Of a DNA stretch of 64,000 nucleotides, positions 1 through 9,064 are shown piece after piece. The DNA comes from Syntrophales bacterium (GTDB taxonomy: Bacteria; Desulfobacterota; Syntrophia; Syntrophales; PHBD01): positions 64,001 through 128,000 of the forward strand of contig OY764159.1 in assembly GCA_963668175.1 (NCBI GenBank), read 5' to 3'. A program made the position numbers and the translations under genes. Position 1 is the stretch's first letter; every line of letters begins with the position of its first letter. The notes beneath the pieces are model-generated. The model saw nothing but the letters and a program-made list of their open reading frames with translations. It had not been told where the DNA came from and searched no databases.

Positions 1-906
1 GTCCTGCGGCCTCGCTATCGAAGGAATCGGCTTGCACGCCGCACGGATAACGATATCGGCGCCTGTCGTGATGCCGGCAAGGCTTCCCCCGGCATGGTTC
101 GAAGCGAATCCGCCGGGTGTGATGGGATCGTTACACTCCGAGCCCGTCATGCGTGCCGCCTCCAACCCGGCGCCGATTTCGACGGCCTTGACCGTTCCAA
201 TGCTCATCAGGGCCTTGGCGAGATCGGCGTCGATTTTGTCGAATACGGGATCTCCCAATCCGGGAGGACAGCCCTGAACGACGATTTCCACGATACCGCC
301 CAGGGTGTCGCCTTCCTGCCTGGCCTGACGGAGCTTTTCTTCCATCCTTTCAGCCGCAGCCGAGTCGGGGCAGCACAAGGCATTGCGTCCGGCATCGGCA
401 AGGGAATCGATGCGGCAAACGATACCGCCCAGTTCTCTCGTATAGGCTACGACTCGGATTCCAGCGCCCGCTATGACCTTGCGCGCTACGGCACCGGCGG
501 CGACGCGCGATGCCGTCTCCCGTCCCGACGCCCGGCCTCCGCCGCGATGGTCGCGGATGCCGTATTTCCTCAAGTAGGTTACATCGCCGTGGCCGGGCCG
601 AAGGATCGTCCTCAATGTTTCGTAATCGCCGCTGCGGGCATCGCTATTCCTTATCAAGAGCGAAATCGCCGTCCCCGTCGTCTTACCCTCGAATGTCCCC
701 GACAGTATTTCGACACGGTCCGCTTCCTTGCGGGGTGTCGCCGAATCAAGCCGTCCCGGCCGGCGCCGGTCGAGATCAACCTGTATATCCTCCTCGGTTA
801 ACGCCAGGTTCGGCGGACATCCGTCGATAATCGCTCCAATCGCGGGACCGTGGGATTCCCCCCATGTCGTAACCCTGAAAATCTCTCCTATGGAATTACC
901 CGCCAT
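1..906 (-). CDS. aroC: Chorismate synthase (3' end runs off the window)
   Basis: Manual translation from ATG at 906 gives [24 protein letters not shown]..., RPGHGD and [11 protein letters not shown]. Open to the window edge; absent from the ORF track. Confidence 0.97.
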   Translation of the reverse strand, partial: MAGNSIGEIFRVTTWGESHGPAIGAIIDGCPPNLALTEEDIQVDLDRRRPGRLDSATPRKEADRVEILSGTFEGKTTGTAISLLIRNSDARSGDYETLRTILRPGHGDVTYLRKYGIRDHRGGGRASGRETASRVAAGAVARKVIAGAGIRVVAYTRELGGIVCRIDSLADAGRNALCCPDSAAAERMEEKLRQARQEGDTLGGIVEIVVQGCPPGLGDPVFDKIDADLAKALMSIGTVKAVEIGAGLEAARMTGSECNDPITPGGFASNHAGGSLAGITTGADIVIRAACKPIPSIARPQD

Positions 907-1447
907 ATCGGCCTCCCGTAATCGCCGCCCGTCGCTTTACCGCCAGGAGGCATACTTCTTCGGCAATCTCTTGTATCAGCCGCTCGTCCGTATCGATGCG
1001 GATATCGGCCGCCGACTCGTATCGAGGCCGGCGCTCTGCAAGCACAGCATTTACTTCGTCATATAAGCCCGCCTCGGAAAGGGCAGGCCGTTGCGACTCA
1101 CTCCTTGTATCGTCCTTCATCCTTCGAACGATAGCGGTTGTCCCGGCCGTCAGCCATACGAAAAAGCCATCCGCTTTGAGACACTGGACGTTGGCTTCGT
1201 CGAGAACCGCTCCGCCGCCAAGGGCAATGACACAGCCGTTTTCAGCCGACAGTTTCCGGACAACGGCGCTTTCTTCCTTCCGGAACGACTCCCATCCTTC
1301 TTCGGCAACGATTTCCCGGATCGTCCTTCCCGATTGTTCCTCTATTAGCGCATCGGTGTCGTAAAAGGGAAGCCCCATATCGGCGGCCACCTGTTTTCCG
1401 ATCGTTGTCTTGCCCGTGCACCGGTATCCTATGAAGACGATATTCAT
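896..1447 (-). CDS. aroK: Shikimate kinase
   Basis: P-loop [27 protein letters not shown] motif. Confidence 0.95.
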   Translation of the reverse strand: MNIVFIGYRCTGKTTIGKQVAADMGLPFYDTDALIEEQSGRTIREIVAEEGWESFRKEESAVVRKLSAENGCVIALGGGAVLDEANVQCLKADGFFVWLTAGTTAIVRRMKDDTRSESQRPALSEAGLYDEVNAVLAERRPRYESAADIRIDTDERLIQEIAEEVCLLAVKRRAAITGGRYGG

Positions 1448-1450
1448 GGC

Positions 1451-2710
1451 TCAATACCACCTGTCCAGGATATCCCAAAATCCGGGAAAGGATTTCCCGA
1501 CGCAGTCCGGATTGGAGATGGTGATGTCGGGAACGGCCAATCCCAGGACGGCAAAGCTCATGGCGATGCGGTGGTCGTTATAAGTCTCGATCGCGGCACC
1601 GTGCGGTTTACCGCCGACGATGACCATGCCGTCTTCGATCTCTTCCGCATGGGTGCCGACGCGGCGAAGTTCGTTGACCAGGGCTTCCAGGCGGTTGCTC
1701 TCCTTCATGCGCAGGTGCGAGACATTACGGATGACCGTTCTTCCCGGCCGCAACGCTGCAAGAACTGCAACCGTAGGAACGACGTCGGGCATGGGTCCGA
1801 AATCGAACTCGTAATCGCCCCGCTGAAGGGGACCGCCGGTTACTTCGATCATGTTGTCCTTCCTGGCAACCTGCACGCCGAGGCGTTCCAGGACGGACAA
1901 AAATCCAATGTCGCCCTGGAGAGTTCCGGGATTGATATTATGGATACTCACCTTCCCCCGGCACACGGCCGCTGCGAGGCAGAAGTAAGAGGCCGAGGAA
2001 ACGTCGCCCTCGACGGTATACGACCTCGCCTGGTAATGCTGTTTTCCCCTGACACGGAAACGTCCCGGAGAAACCTCTTCTACATCCACACCGAAACAAT
2101 GCATGGCCTCGACCGTCATGTCCACATAGGGACGCGACGGGACGGGGCCCACGACATCTATTTTGCTGTCGGCGCCGGCCAATGGACAGCTGATCAGCAG
2201 GGAAGAGACGAACTGGCTGCTCGCGATATCGGTGAGCACGGCACGGCCGCCCTGTAAACCCTCCGTTCGGATTACAACGGGCGGACAGCCCCGACCATTT
2301 TCCGAAGCGGCATGGACCCCCAGGGAGGAAAGGGCGTCGAGCAGCGACCCGACGGGCCTTTCGCAGAGCCTCTCGTCCCCCGTGAGGCGGAATTCCCCTT
2401 TTCCCAGGGCTGCGACCCCCATCAGAAGCCTGATGGCCGTACCGTTGTTGCCCAGATAGATATCCGTTTGCGGCGCGGCGATTCTCCCGGCCGTTCCTTC
2501 GACGGTCAGGGTCTCCGGCTCGATCTCAATGACCGCCCCCATCAGACGCAGGGCCTTAATCAGGTATTCCGTATCCTTTGAAATCAGGGCATGGTGCAGG
2601 ACCGACTTCCCCTCGGCCAGGGCCGCAATAACCAAGGCCCGTTGCGTATAACTTTTGGAGCCCGGCAGTGTGACGGCGGCATTTAAATTCGGCAACGGTT
2701 TGATTTCCAT
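1451..2710 (-). CDS. aroA: 3-phosphoshikimate 1-carboxyvinyltransferase (EPSP synthase)
   Basis: LPGSKS, GNNGTAIR, SSQFVSSLL, KESNRL, DHRIAMSF, KSFPGFW. Start set at MEIKPL, overlapping the aroE stop (TAATG). Confidence 0.97.
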   Translation of the reverse strand: MEIKPLPNLNAAVTLPGSKSYTQRALVIAALAEGKSVLHHALISKDTEYLIKALRLMGAVIEIEPETLTVEGTAGRIAAPQTDIYLGNNGTAIRLLMGVAALGKGEFRLTGDERLCERPVGSLLDALSSLGVHAASENGRGCPPVVIRTEGLQGGRAVLTDIASSQFVSSLLISCPLAGADSKIDVVGPVPSRPYVDMTVEAMHCFGVDVEEVSPGRFRVRGKQHYQARSYTVEGDVSSASYFCLAAAVCRGKVSIHNINPGTLQGDIGFLSVLERLGVQVARKDNMIEVTGGPLQRGDYEFDFGPMPDVVPTVAVLAALRPGRTVIRNVSHLRMKESNRLEALVNELRRVGTHAEEIEDGMVIVGGKPHGAAIETYNDHRIAMSFAVLGLAVPDITISNPDCVGKSFPGFWDILDRWY

Positions 2711-3525
2711 TATAATCTCCCGAGCCTCTCCGTCACAGCACACTTCATAACATCGAGAGGCGGCTCCATGCCCGTCCACAGCCGGATCTGTTCGGCACCC
2801 TGGCCGACAAACATGCCGAGACCTGTATGCGTTACACATCCGGCAGCCTCGGCCTCCTGAAGCAACTTGGTCCTGATCGGATTGTACACGATATCGACCG
2901 CGTGTCGGAACCGCGGCAGGATTTCCTTCGGTACCGGCGAGGCTTCCATATTCGGAAACATGCCGACCGGCGTCGTATTGACCAGACAATCCCCAAGGAC
3001 TGCACCAATCTCTTCAAAAGGCAGCCAGGAACAGCCGAATTCCGCTGCCAGCCCGGCGGCCTTCTCCGCCGTCTTGTTCACGACGACCGGCAAACCCTTT
3101 TCCCGAAGAAGGCCGTAAACGACGGCCCGGGCCGCCCCCCCGGCACCGACCACCACAAACCTCTTCCCTCCAATATCCATGCGCGCCTTTAAATCGGCGA
3201 CGAAGCCCTGCCAATCGGTGTTATGGCCCGTAAATCGCCCATCGCGGCGGCAAACCGTGTTGACGGCCCCGATTTGCCTGGCCCCTTCGTCGATATGATC
3301 CAGATATTCCATCATGGAGACTTTAAAGGGGATGGTCACGCTTGCCCCGGCGATATCTCCCCCGCGCAGCAGCCGGACGGCCTCCCCGATGTCGTTGGGG
3401 CAAAGGGCCACGTAACGGGCGCCGATGCCCATCCTGGTATAAGCCGCGTTATGCATAAGCGGCGAGAGGCTGTGCGCTACGGGGTTCCCCAGGAGCGCGT
3501 AGGTCTTAGCGGTCTTCATCGTCAC
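2710..3525 (-). CDS. aroE: Shikimate dehydrogenase
   Basis: GNPVAHSLSP, VTIPFK, GAVNT, NTD, GAGGAARA, NTTPVGM, DIVYNP. Confidence 0.96.
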   Translation of the reverse strand: MTMKTAKTYALLGNPVAHSLSPLMHNAAYTRMGIGARYVALCPNDIGEAVRLLRGGDIAGASVTIPFKVSMMEYLDHIDEGARQIGAVNTVCRRDGRFTGHNTDWQGFVADLKARMDIGGKRFVVVGAGGAARAVVYGLLREKGLPVVVNKTAEKAAGLAAEFGCSWLPFEEIGAVLGDCLVNTTPVGMFPNMEASPVPKEILPRFRHAVDIVYNPIRTKLLQEAEAAGCVTHTGLGMFVGQGAEQIRLWTGMEPPLDVMKCAVTERLGRL

Positions 3526-4201
3526 CTGCCAGAATTCTGTGAAGCTGCCGCATCTCCTCCGCCGTCAACTGGCCGGGAGCGGTCCTTTCCTCAGGCGACA
3601 AGGCCGCGTAGCTGATACGCGATCCCCAGAAAGGCGCCATGGCCCTGCTCAAGCGGCCCCTGGGCCCCATGCAGAAAGCGATGATGTCCCGGCCCCTTTT
3701 TTGTGAATGGACAAGCAGATTCAAGATCTTGAAATTGTCCGCATCCGTCCTGGCATAAGGAACGACCTTCACGATATCGGCGCCTTCGCCACAGCCCCGA
3801 TCCACCTTGTTTCTCAATGCACGCTCGGAAGGTGTTCCCGACATATCGTGCCATGAGAGAATCAAGTGCGTTTTCCGCTTACAATGGGCAATGGCTGCAG
3901 CGATATTTTTCCTCAAGTCCGGAGACGTCTGCAGTTCCACGTCGATAAAATCCGCCCCCAGTTCGACCGCCTGCGTCAGCAGTGCGATTCGCTCGCCTTC
4001 GCTTCCGGAAAACAATCCTCCCTCTTCCCGGCAGCGGTTAGTGACGATGACCTTCTTTCTTTTCCCGGCAAGGAGCCGTTTCAGGTCGACATCCCTGATC
4101 CCGTCGATCCGCAGTTCTACAACATCTGCCAACGTGAAGGCATTCTTCATTTTGACCAGGGCGTCTTCGTTCGACTCGGGACTAACCGATATGCACATCA
4201 T
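3506..4201 (-). CDS. aroD: Type I 3-dehydroquinate dehydratase
   Basis: VELRID, EEGG, DFIDVEL, ILSWHD, ADIVKV, FCMG, APGQ. Start MMCISV overlaps the pheA stop (ATGA). Confidence 0.93.
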   Translation of the reverse strand: MMCISVSPESNEDALVKMKNAFTLADVVELRIDGIRDVDLKRLLAGKRKKVIVTNRCREEGGLFSGSEGERIALLTQAVELGADFIDVELQTSPDLRKNIAAAIAHCKRKTHLILSWHDMSGTPSERALRNKVDRGCGEGADIVKVVPYARTDADNFKILNLLVHSQKRGRDIIAFCMGPRGRLSRAMAPFWGSRISYAALSPEERTAPGQLTAEEMRQLHRILAGDDEDR

Positions 4202-5280
4202 GGCCGGTCCTGCCCCTGGGGATAAGATCCGAGAATTTTGACGAACGCCGCCTGGGTTTTCAGCTCCTGCAGGCATTTCCCGACCTCTTTGTCTTCCGCA
4301 TGCCCCAAAAAATCGGTAAAGAAGAGGTACTCCCATGCCCGGTCCTTGACAGGGTAGGACTCTATCCTCGTCAGATTGACACCGCGCTCCGCAAATGCCG
4401 ACAGGGCCTTATAAAGCGATCCCGGGGCATGGGCCGTCCCGAAAAGGATCGATGTTTTGTCCGCTCCCGTGGGCCTTACATCCCCGCGACCTATCACGAA
4501 GAAGCGGGTTGTGTTGCCCGGATGGTCTTCGATCCCTTCCGCCATGACATTGAGATGATAAGTCGATGCCGCGGCCTGGCTCCCGATCGCGGCTGCTACC
4601 GGGTCCTCGCCGACCCGCCGGGCTGCCCCGGCCGTGCTTTCGACCTCTAAAACGGTCGCCGCGGGCAGATTGGTCCTCAACCAGCCCCGGCACTGGGCAA
4701 TGGCCTGGGGGTGGGAGTAAACCCTGCGCACCGCTTCCAGATCGCGACCAGCCGAAAGCAGGCAATGCCTGATTCTCAAAAAGACTTCCGCCTTTATGCG
4801 AAGCGGCGTGGCGATGAGCCTGTCCAGGGTCAGCTTTACGGAGCCTTCAATGGAATTTTCAATCGGGACGATGCCCAGCTGAACCGCCCCCCTTTCCACC
4901 TCTTCAAAAACACCGGCTATGGACGAAACGGGACGCAGGCCGGCTTGTCTGCCGAATTGCGAAAGGGCCGCCATATGGGAGAAGGATGCTTCGGGTCCCA
5001 GGTAAGCGACGGACAGCTCGACCTGAAGCGCCCGGCAGGCGGAAACGATTTCCCTGAAAATATCGCCCAGGGCCGCATCGGTCAGGGGACCTTCGTTCAC
5101 GCCCGTCACGGATCTGAAAACGTGGCTTTCCTGGGAAGCATCGTATACGCTTCTTCCCTGGGCGTTCTTTTCCTCGCCGATCTCGACGGCCAGGGCAGCT
5201 CGCTCATTGAGCAATTTGACCATATCGCCGTCGGTCTTTCTGATCCTCCGCCTGAGGCGTTCCAGTTTGTTCTCAGCCAT
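4198..5280 (-). CDS. pheA: Chorismate mutase / prephenate dehydratase
   Basis: N-terminal CM2 domain, YLGPEASFSH, PIENSIEG, SHPQAIAQC, NTTRF, C-terminal ACT domain (NLTRIES). Confidence 0.96.
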   Translation of the reverse strand: MAENKLERLRRRIRKTDGDMVKLLNERAALAVEIGEEKNAQGRSVYDASQESHVFRSVTGVNEGPLTDAALGDIFREIVSACRALQVELSVAYLGPEASFSHMAALSQFGRQAGLRPVSSIAGVFEEVERGAVQLGIVPIENSIEGSVKLTLDRLIATPLRIKAEVFLRIRHCLLSAGRDLEAVRRVYSHPQAIAQCRGWLRTNLPAATVLEVESTAGAARRVGEDPVAAAIGSQAAASTYHLNVMAEGIEDHPGNTTRFFVIGRGDVRPTGADKTSILFGTAHAPGSLYKALSAFAERGVNLTRIESYPVKDRAWEYLFFTDFLGHAEDKEVGKCLQELKTQAAFVKILGSYPQGQDRP

Positions 5281-6373
5281 GCTTCAGTCCCTCGATCGTT
5301 TCCCTTACGACAGGTTCCGGAACTCCACCATTGACAAAGGGCATGCCCATTTTCTTGAGGAGAACAAAATGTATATTCTCTCCCTGTTTCTTTTTGTCCA
5401 TCTTCAGCCGCGCCAAAATAGCGTCGGTTTTCACACCCGGATCTATTCGTTCGACGAGACCCATGTTCCGGATGAAAGAGGTAATTCTATCGGCATCTTC
5501 ATTGCTCAGATAGTTGAGGCGTTGCGATATTCTCGTGGCGGCCGCCATGCCCACGGAAACGGCGTCGCCGTGCGGAATCGCATAATCCGATTCCGCTTCG
5601 AGCGCATGGCCGACGGTGTGTCCGAAGTTGAGGATTCGCCGCAGTCCGGTCTCTTTTTCATCGATCTCCACGATGTTTTTCTTGATCCGGCAGCACGACG
5701 CAATGAGTCCTTCCAAAAAGGATAAATCCCTGTTTCTCAGCTTCTCCACGTTAGCTTCCATCAGGGTGGCGAGTTCCGGCGATTCGATGAGGGCGTACTT
5801 CACCATCTCCGCCAAGCCGTTCCGGAATTCCCGATCCGGCAATGTCCTGAGAAAGGCCGTATCGATGAAGACCGCCTTGGGTTGATGGAACGTGCCGATC
5901 AGGTTCTTCCCGGCGGCCGTGTCGACGCCGGTCTTGCCGCCGATGCAACTGTCTATCTGGGCAAGCAGGGTCGTGGGAAAGTGGATGCACGGTATGCCGC
6001 GCATATACAGGGATGCCATGAGTCCTGCGATATCCCCCGTAACGCCGCCGCCCAGAGCGACGAGCGCCGATGTCCTGTCGGCGCCGAGCGCCGCCAGTTT
6101 TTCGGCGATCTCCAGGCAGGTGGAAAATGATTTGGACTTCTCGCCGGCGGGAAAGTCGATCGTGTCAACCTTCAAATCCGATCTCTTCATCGTCTCACAG
6201 AGAAGGCCGCCGTGAAGGGCTGCCACATTTTCGTCGGCGATGACAAAATAGCGCTTGGCCCAGTTATTCTTGGCCATGATCAGCACCGAACGGTCCAAAA
6301 TATCCTCGCCGATATGGATATCGTACGAATTGATCTGCTTCCGGTCGAGATTGACTTTGAGTTTGTTCATCAT
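5273..6373 (-). CDS. aroB: 3-dehydroquinate synthase
   Basis: [49 protein letters not shown]. Confidence 0.96.
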   Translation of the reverse strand: MMNKLKVNLDRKQINSYDIHIGEDILDRSVLIMAKNNWAKRYFVIADENVAALHGGLLCETMKRSDLKVDTIDFPAGEKSKSFSTCLEIAEKLAALGADRTSALVALGGGVTGDIAGLMASLYMRGIPCIHFPTTLLAQIDSCIGGKTGVDTAAGKNLIGTFHQPKAVFIDTAFLRTLPDREFRNGLAEMVKYALIESPELATLMEANVEKLRNRDLSFLEGLIASCCRIKKNIVEIDEKETGLRRILNFGHTVGHALEAESDYAIPHGDAVSVGMAAATRISQRLNYLSNEDADRITSFIRNMGLVERIDPGVKTDAILARLKMDKKKQGENIHFVLLKKMGMPFVNGGVPEPVVRETIEGLKHG

Positions 6374-7395
6374 TGCACCCTGATTTCCCTTTTCATAACC
6401 CCCTCTATGATCCTGACCTCGTCCATCATCTGGTAGAACTGTTCCGGCCGCAACGACTGAGGACCGTCGGACATGGCCTTTTCCGGCTCCGGATGGACTT
6501 CGACGATGATTCCATCGGCACCGACGGCGACGGCGGCTCTCGTTAAAGGAAGAACATACTTGGAATAGCCGGCGGCATGAGACGGATCGACGATGACCGG
6601 CAGATGGGTCAGTTCCTTCAGAACGGGAACCGCACTGATGTCGAGGGTGTTGCGCGTTGCCGTCTCGAATGTCCGGATTCCCCGTTCGCAGAGAATCACC
6701 TGCTCGTTGCCGGACGACAGGATATACTCGGCCGACATGAGAAGTTCCTCGATCGTTGTCATCAGTCCTCTTTTCAGGAGCACCGGCTTCTTGGCCTGCC
6801 CGACCTTCTTCAGCAGGGCGAAGTTCTGCACGTTCCGGGCGCCGATCTGGAGGATGTCCGCATAGGCTTCAACGAGGTCCACATCCGTCGTATTCATAAC
6901 CTCGGTGACGACAGGCATGCCCGTCGTCTCCCGGACTTTCTGCAGCAGTTTCAATCCGTCTTCGGCCATTCCCTGAAAACTGTAGGGAGACGTCCTCGGC
7001 TTGAAGGCACCGCCGCGAAGAACGTGGGCGCCCGCCTTCCGCGCGATGTAGGCGCATTCCATGAGCTGCTCGTCGCTCTCGATGGAGCAGGGACCGGCCA
7101 TGACGATGAAGTCCGGGCCGCCGATCTTCAGATCACCCACCTCAATGACGGTATTGCCCTCCTTGACCTCGCGGCTGGCAAGTTTATAGGGCTTGAGAAT
7201 CGGCATAACCTTCTCCACCCCTTCCAGGAATTCCGCCGCCTTCAGATGGGCCTTGCCTCGGTCGTCGCCGACGGCGCCGATGATGGTCCGCTCCACTCCC
7301 CTGGACATGTGGGGATTGTATCCGACCGACTCGATCCACCTTACAACGTTATCTATCTGGCCCTCCGTTGCATTTTTTTTCATTAAAACGATCAT
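6370..7395 (-). CDS. aroF: DAHP synthase, type I-beta, with N-terminal regulatory domain
   Basis: [47 protein letters not shown]. Start MIVLMK follows GGAGG/AGGAG. Confidence 0.95.
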   Translation of the reverse strand: MIVLMKKNATEGQIDNVVRWIESVGYNPHMSRGVERTIIGAVGDDRGKAHLKAAEFLEGVEKVMPILKPYKLASREVKEGNTVIEVGDLKIGGPDFIVMAGPCSIESDEQLMECAYIARKAGAHVLRGGAFKPRTSPYSFQGMAEDGLKLLQKVRETTGMPVVTEVMNTTDVDLVEAYADILQIGARNVQNFALLKKVGQAKKPVLLKRGLMTTIEELLMSAEYILSSGNEQVILCERGIRTFETATRNTLDISAVPVLKELTHLPVIVDPSHAAGYSKYVLPLTRAAVAVGADGIIVEVHPEPEKAMSDGPQSLRPEQFYQMMDEVRIIEGVMKREIRVQ

Positions 7396-7410
7396 GCTCC
7401 TGACCTCCCC

Positions 7411-7448
7411 AAATAAAAAGGCCGTGACGTTTTCTGCCGCCACGGCCT
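7411..7448 (-). terminator. Intrinsic terminator T2 of the aro leader
   Basis: Minus strand: AGGCCGUGGC-loop-GUCACGGCCU followed by UUUUAUUU. Confidence 0.8.
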
Positions 7449-7449
7449 C

Positions 7450-7495
7450 AAAATAAAAAAGCCGCGGGCAGTATCACTTTCGATCCACCCGCGGC
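7450..7495 (-). terminator. Intrinsic terminator T1 of the aro leader
   Basis: Minus strand: GCCGCGGGUGG...CUGCCCGCGGC followed by UUUUUUAUUUU. Confidence 0.85.
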
Positions 7496-7517
7496 CTATG
7501 TTCTTATGTTATCCTTT

Positions 7518-7622
7518 TCAGATCCTCCTGAACGCCGGGCAGACCGATGCGAAGCTATAATAATAGCTAAACCAGTAGCTAAAGTTAAAGCTTGTTAAAT
7601 CGATCTTTGCGTCCTGCGTCAT
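7518..7622 (-). CDS. Aromatic-rich attenuation leader peptide (34 aa)
   Basis: MTQDAKIDLTSFNFSYWFSYYYSFASVCPAFRRI*. 10 of 34 residues are F/Y/W. GAAGG lies upstream; terminators and aroF lie directly downstream. Confidence 0.88.
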   Translation of the reverse strand: MTQDAKIDLTSFNFSYWFSYYYSFASVCPAFRRI

Positions 7623-7842
7623 ACCATCGGCCTTCGTTAAAATTTTGTTAATGAGATCATAAGGCGGACAAATATGTCAAGGAAAAATTTTTCCGGCACA
7701 TGTCACCCGCGTTTTCTTTCATCTTTAACTATCCGTATTTTTAAGGAATTTATTTATTCAAATTTTCTAAGTCTACCCTCTTCAGCAATTAAAAGAAAAG
7801 TGCTTCTCTTTGCTCACGCTAATGTCGATCAGGCAAGGACCA

Positions 7843-8991
7843 TCACGCGGAGGGATAATGATTCCGGTCCTTGAGGACCAGGCCGAGGTATCGTTTATAA
7901 TCTGCGGTACCGGACATCAGGTCCAGGTAATATTTACAGTATTTGGCATTCGCTTTCATCTTGCGCATGGCAAAGAGCGACATCCTGCGGTGATAAAAGG
8001 CTTTTCTCAACCAGAAGGCCTGCCGGAAAAGGGGATAAATCCTGCTGCGGAGGGCCGTATGATAGGCTGAAAGCACATCCTTTTTCGAGAGTATGGCTTC
8101 CGCCGCCAATTTCCCGCTCAGCATGGCAAAATACATCCCTTCGCCGGTGATAGGCTCTACCAGACCCGCAGCATCTCCGGCAAGCAACACCTTTCCTTTT
8201 CCCGGTTGTTTCATAAAATTGTGGAACGGTATCGGGTAGCCGCTCACGCGCTCCGGCATATTGGCCTCGTTTTTCAGAAGACGACGAAGAAAGACTTGAA
8301 AGTGGTCTTTCATGTTTTTGCCGTTGGATCTCGTCAAACCGCCGAGGCCGACCGTCGCGAAAGCAGGCTTGGGAAATACCCATCCATAACCGGCGTTGAT
8401 GAAACCGAAATGGATTTGCGGATAGACACCGTCATGGTCAAAACATGTCAGATGCTCATAGGGAATGTCCGCTTCGATGCCGACGGCAAATTCAGCCCTC
8501 CTGACGCGGGGGGAAACGGCCCTGCGGACAACGCTGTAAGGGCCGTCCGCGCCGACTATGAAGTCCGCGGCCAATACATCTCCATTGTCCAGGACGACAC
8601 GATCCTGCGCGACCGCCTTGACTGCATGCCCGCATAAGATCGTACATCCGGAAGCCCGGGCTTTGTTGAGGAAATAGTGATCGAAGCTCGTCCTGTCGAC
8701 GGCGAAAAACCGTTCGGTCGGACCGGACCATTTGCATATCTTTCCCAGGTCTGCATGATAAATGCCGAAGGCGGAGGACTCCATGAGCACAAAGTCCTGC
8801 CGTGCGACGTCCCCGTATATTTCCTTTATCAGGGGTATCGCTTTTTCGGTCAGGAGCCCGCCGCACAATTTCTTGCGGGGGAAGATGGCTTTATCGACGA
8901 CCAGGACCTTCCGGCCGTTCGCCGCCAGGGTATGTGCCGCGGCGGCGCCGGCGCAGCTTCCGCCCACGATGACCACGTCATGCTTTTCCAT
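7843..8991 (-). CDS. Geranylgeranyl reductase family FAD-dependent oxidoreductase
   Basis: VVIVGGSCAGA, FPRKKLCGG, GADG, GYGWVFPK, GDAAGLVEPITGEGM. Confidence 0.85.
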   Translation of the reverse strand: MEKHDVVIVGGSCAGAAAAHTLAANGRKVLVVDKAIFPRKKLCGGLLTEKAIPLIKEIYGDVARQDFVLMESSAFGIYHADLGKICKWSGPTERFFAVDRTSFDHYFLNKARASGCTILCGHAVKAVAQDRVVLDNGDVLAADFIVGADGPYSVVRRAVSPRVRRAEFAVGIEADIPYEHLTCFDHDGVYPQIHFGFINAGYGWVFPKPAFATVGLGGLTRSNGKNMKDHFQVFLRRLLKNEANMPERVSGYPIPFHNFMKQPGKGKVLLAGDAAGLVEPITGEGMYFAMLSGKLAAEAILSKKDVLSAYHTALRSRIYPLFRQAFWLRKAFYHRRMSLFAMRKMKANAKYCKYYLDLMSGTADYKRYLGLVLKDRNHYPSA

Positions 8992-9064
8992 AGGTTCCTT
9001 CCAAAGCAAGCAAAGCCGTTCCGGTCGGCTTGCCGGGAGCCCTGTCCGCCATTGCTGCCCTTAC

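Noticed and set aside
2711..2989. N-terminal extensions in the ORF track for aroA, and likewise aroD, aroF, prfA, ispB and the permease
   Set aside because: They overlap upstream genes or regulatory elements; homology and ribosome binding sites point to later starts.
7656..7680. TTGACA and TATGAT as the aro operon promoter
   Set aside because: The spacing is only 13 nt. A promoter is likely nearby but I cannot define it.
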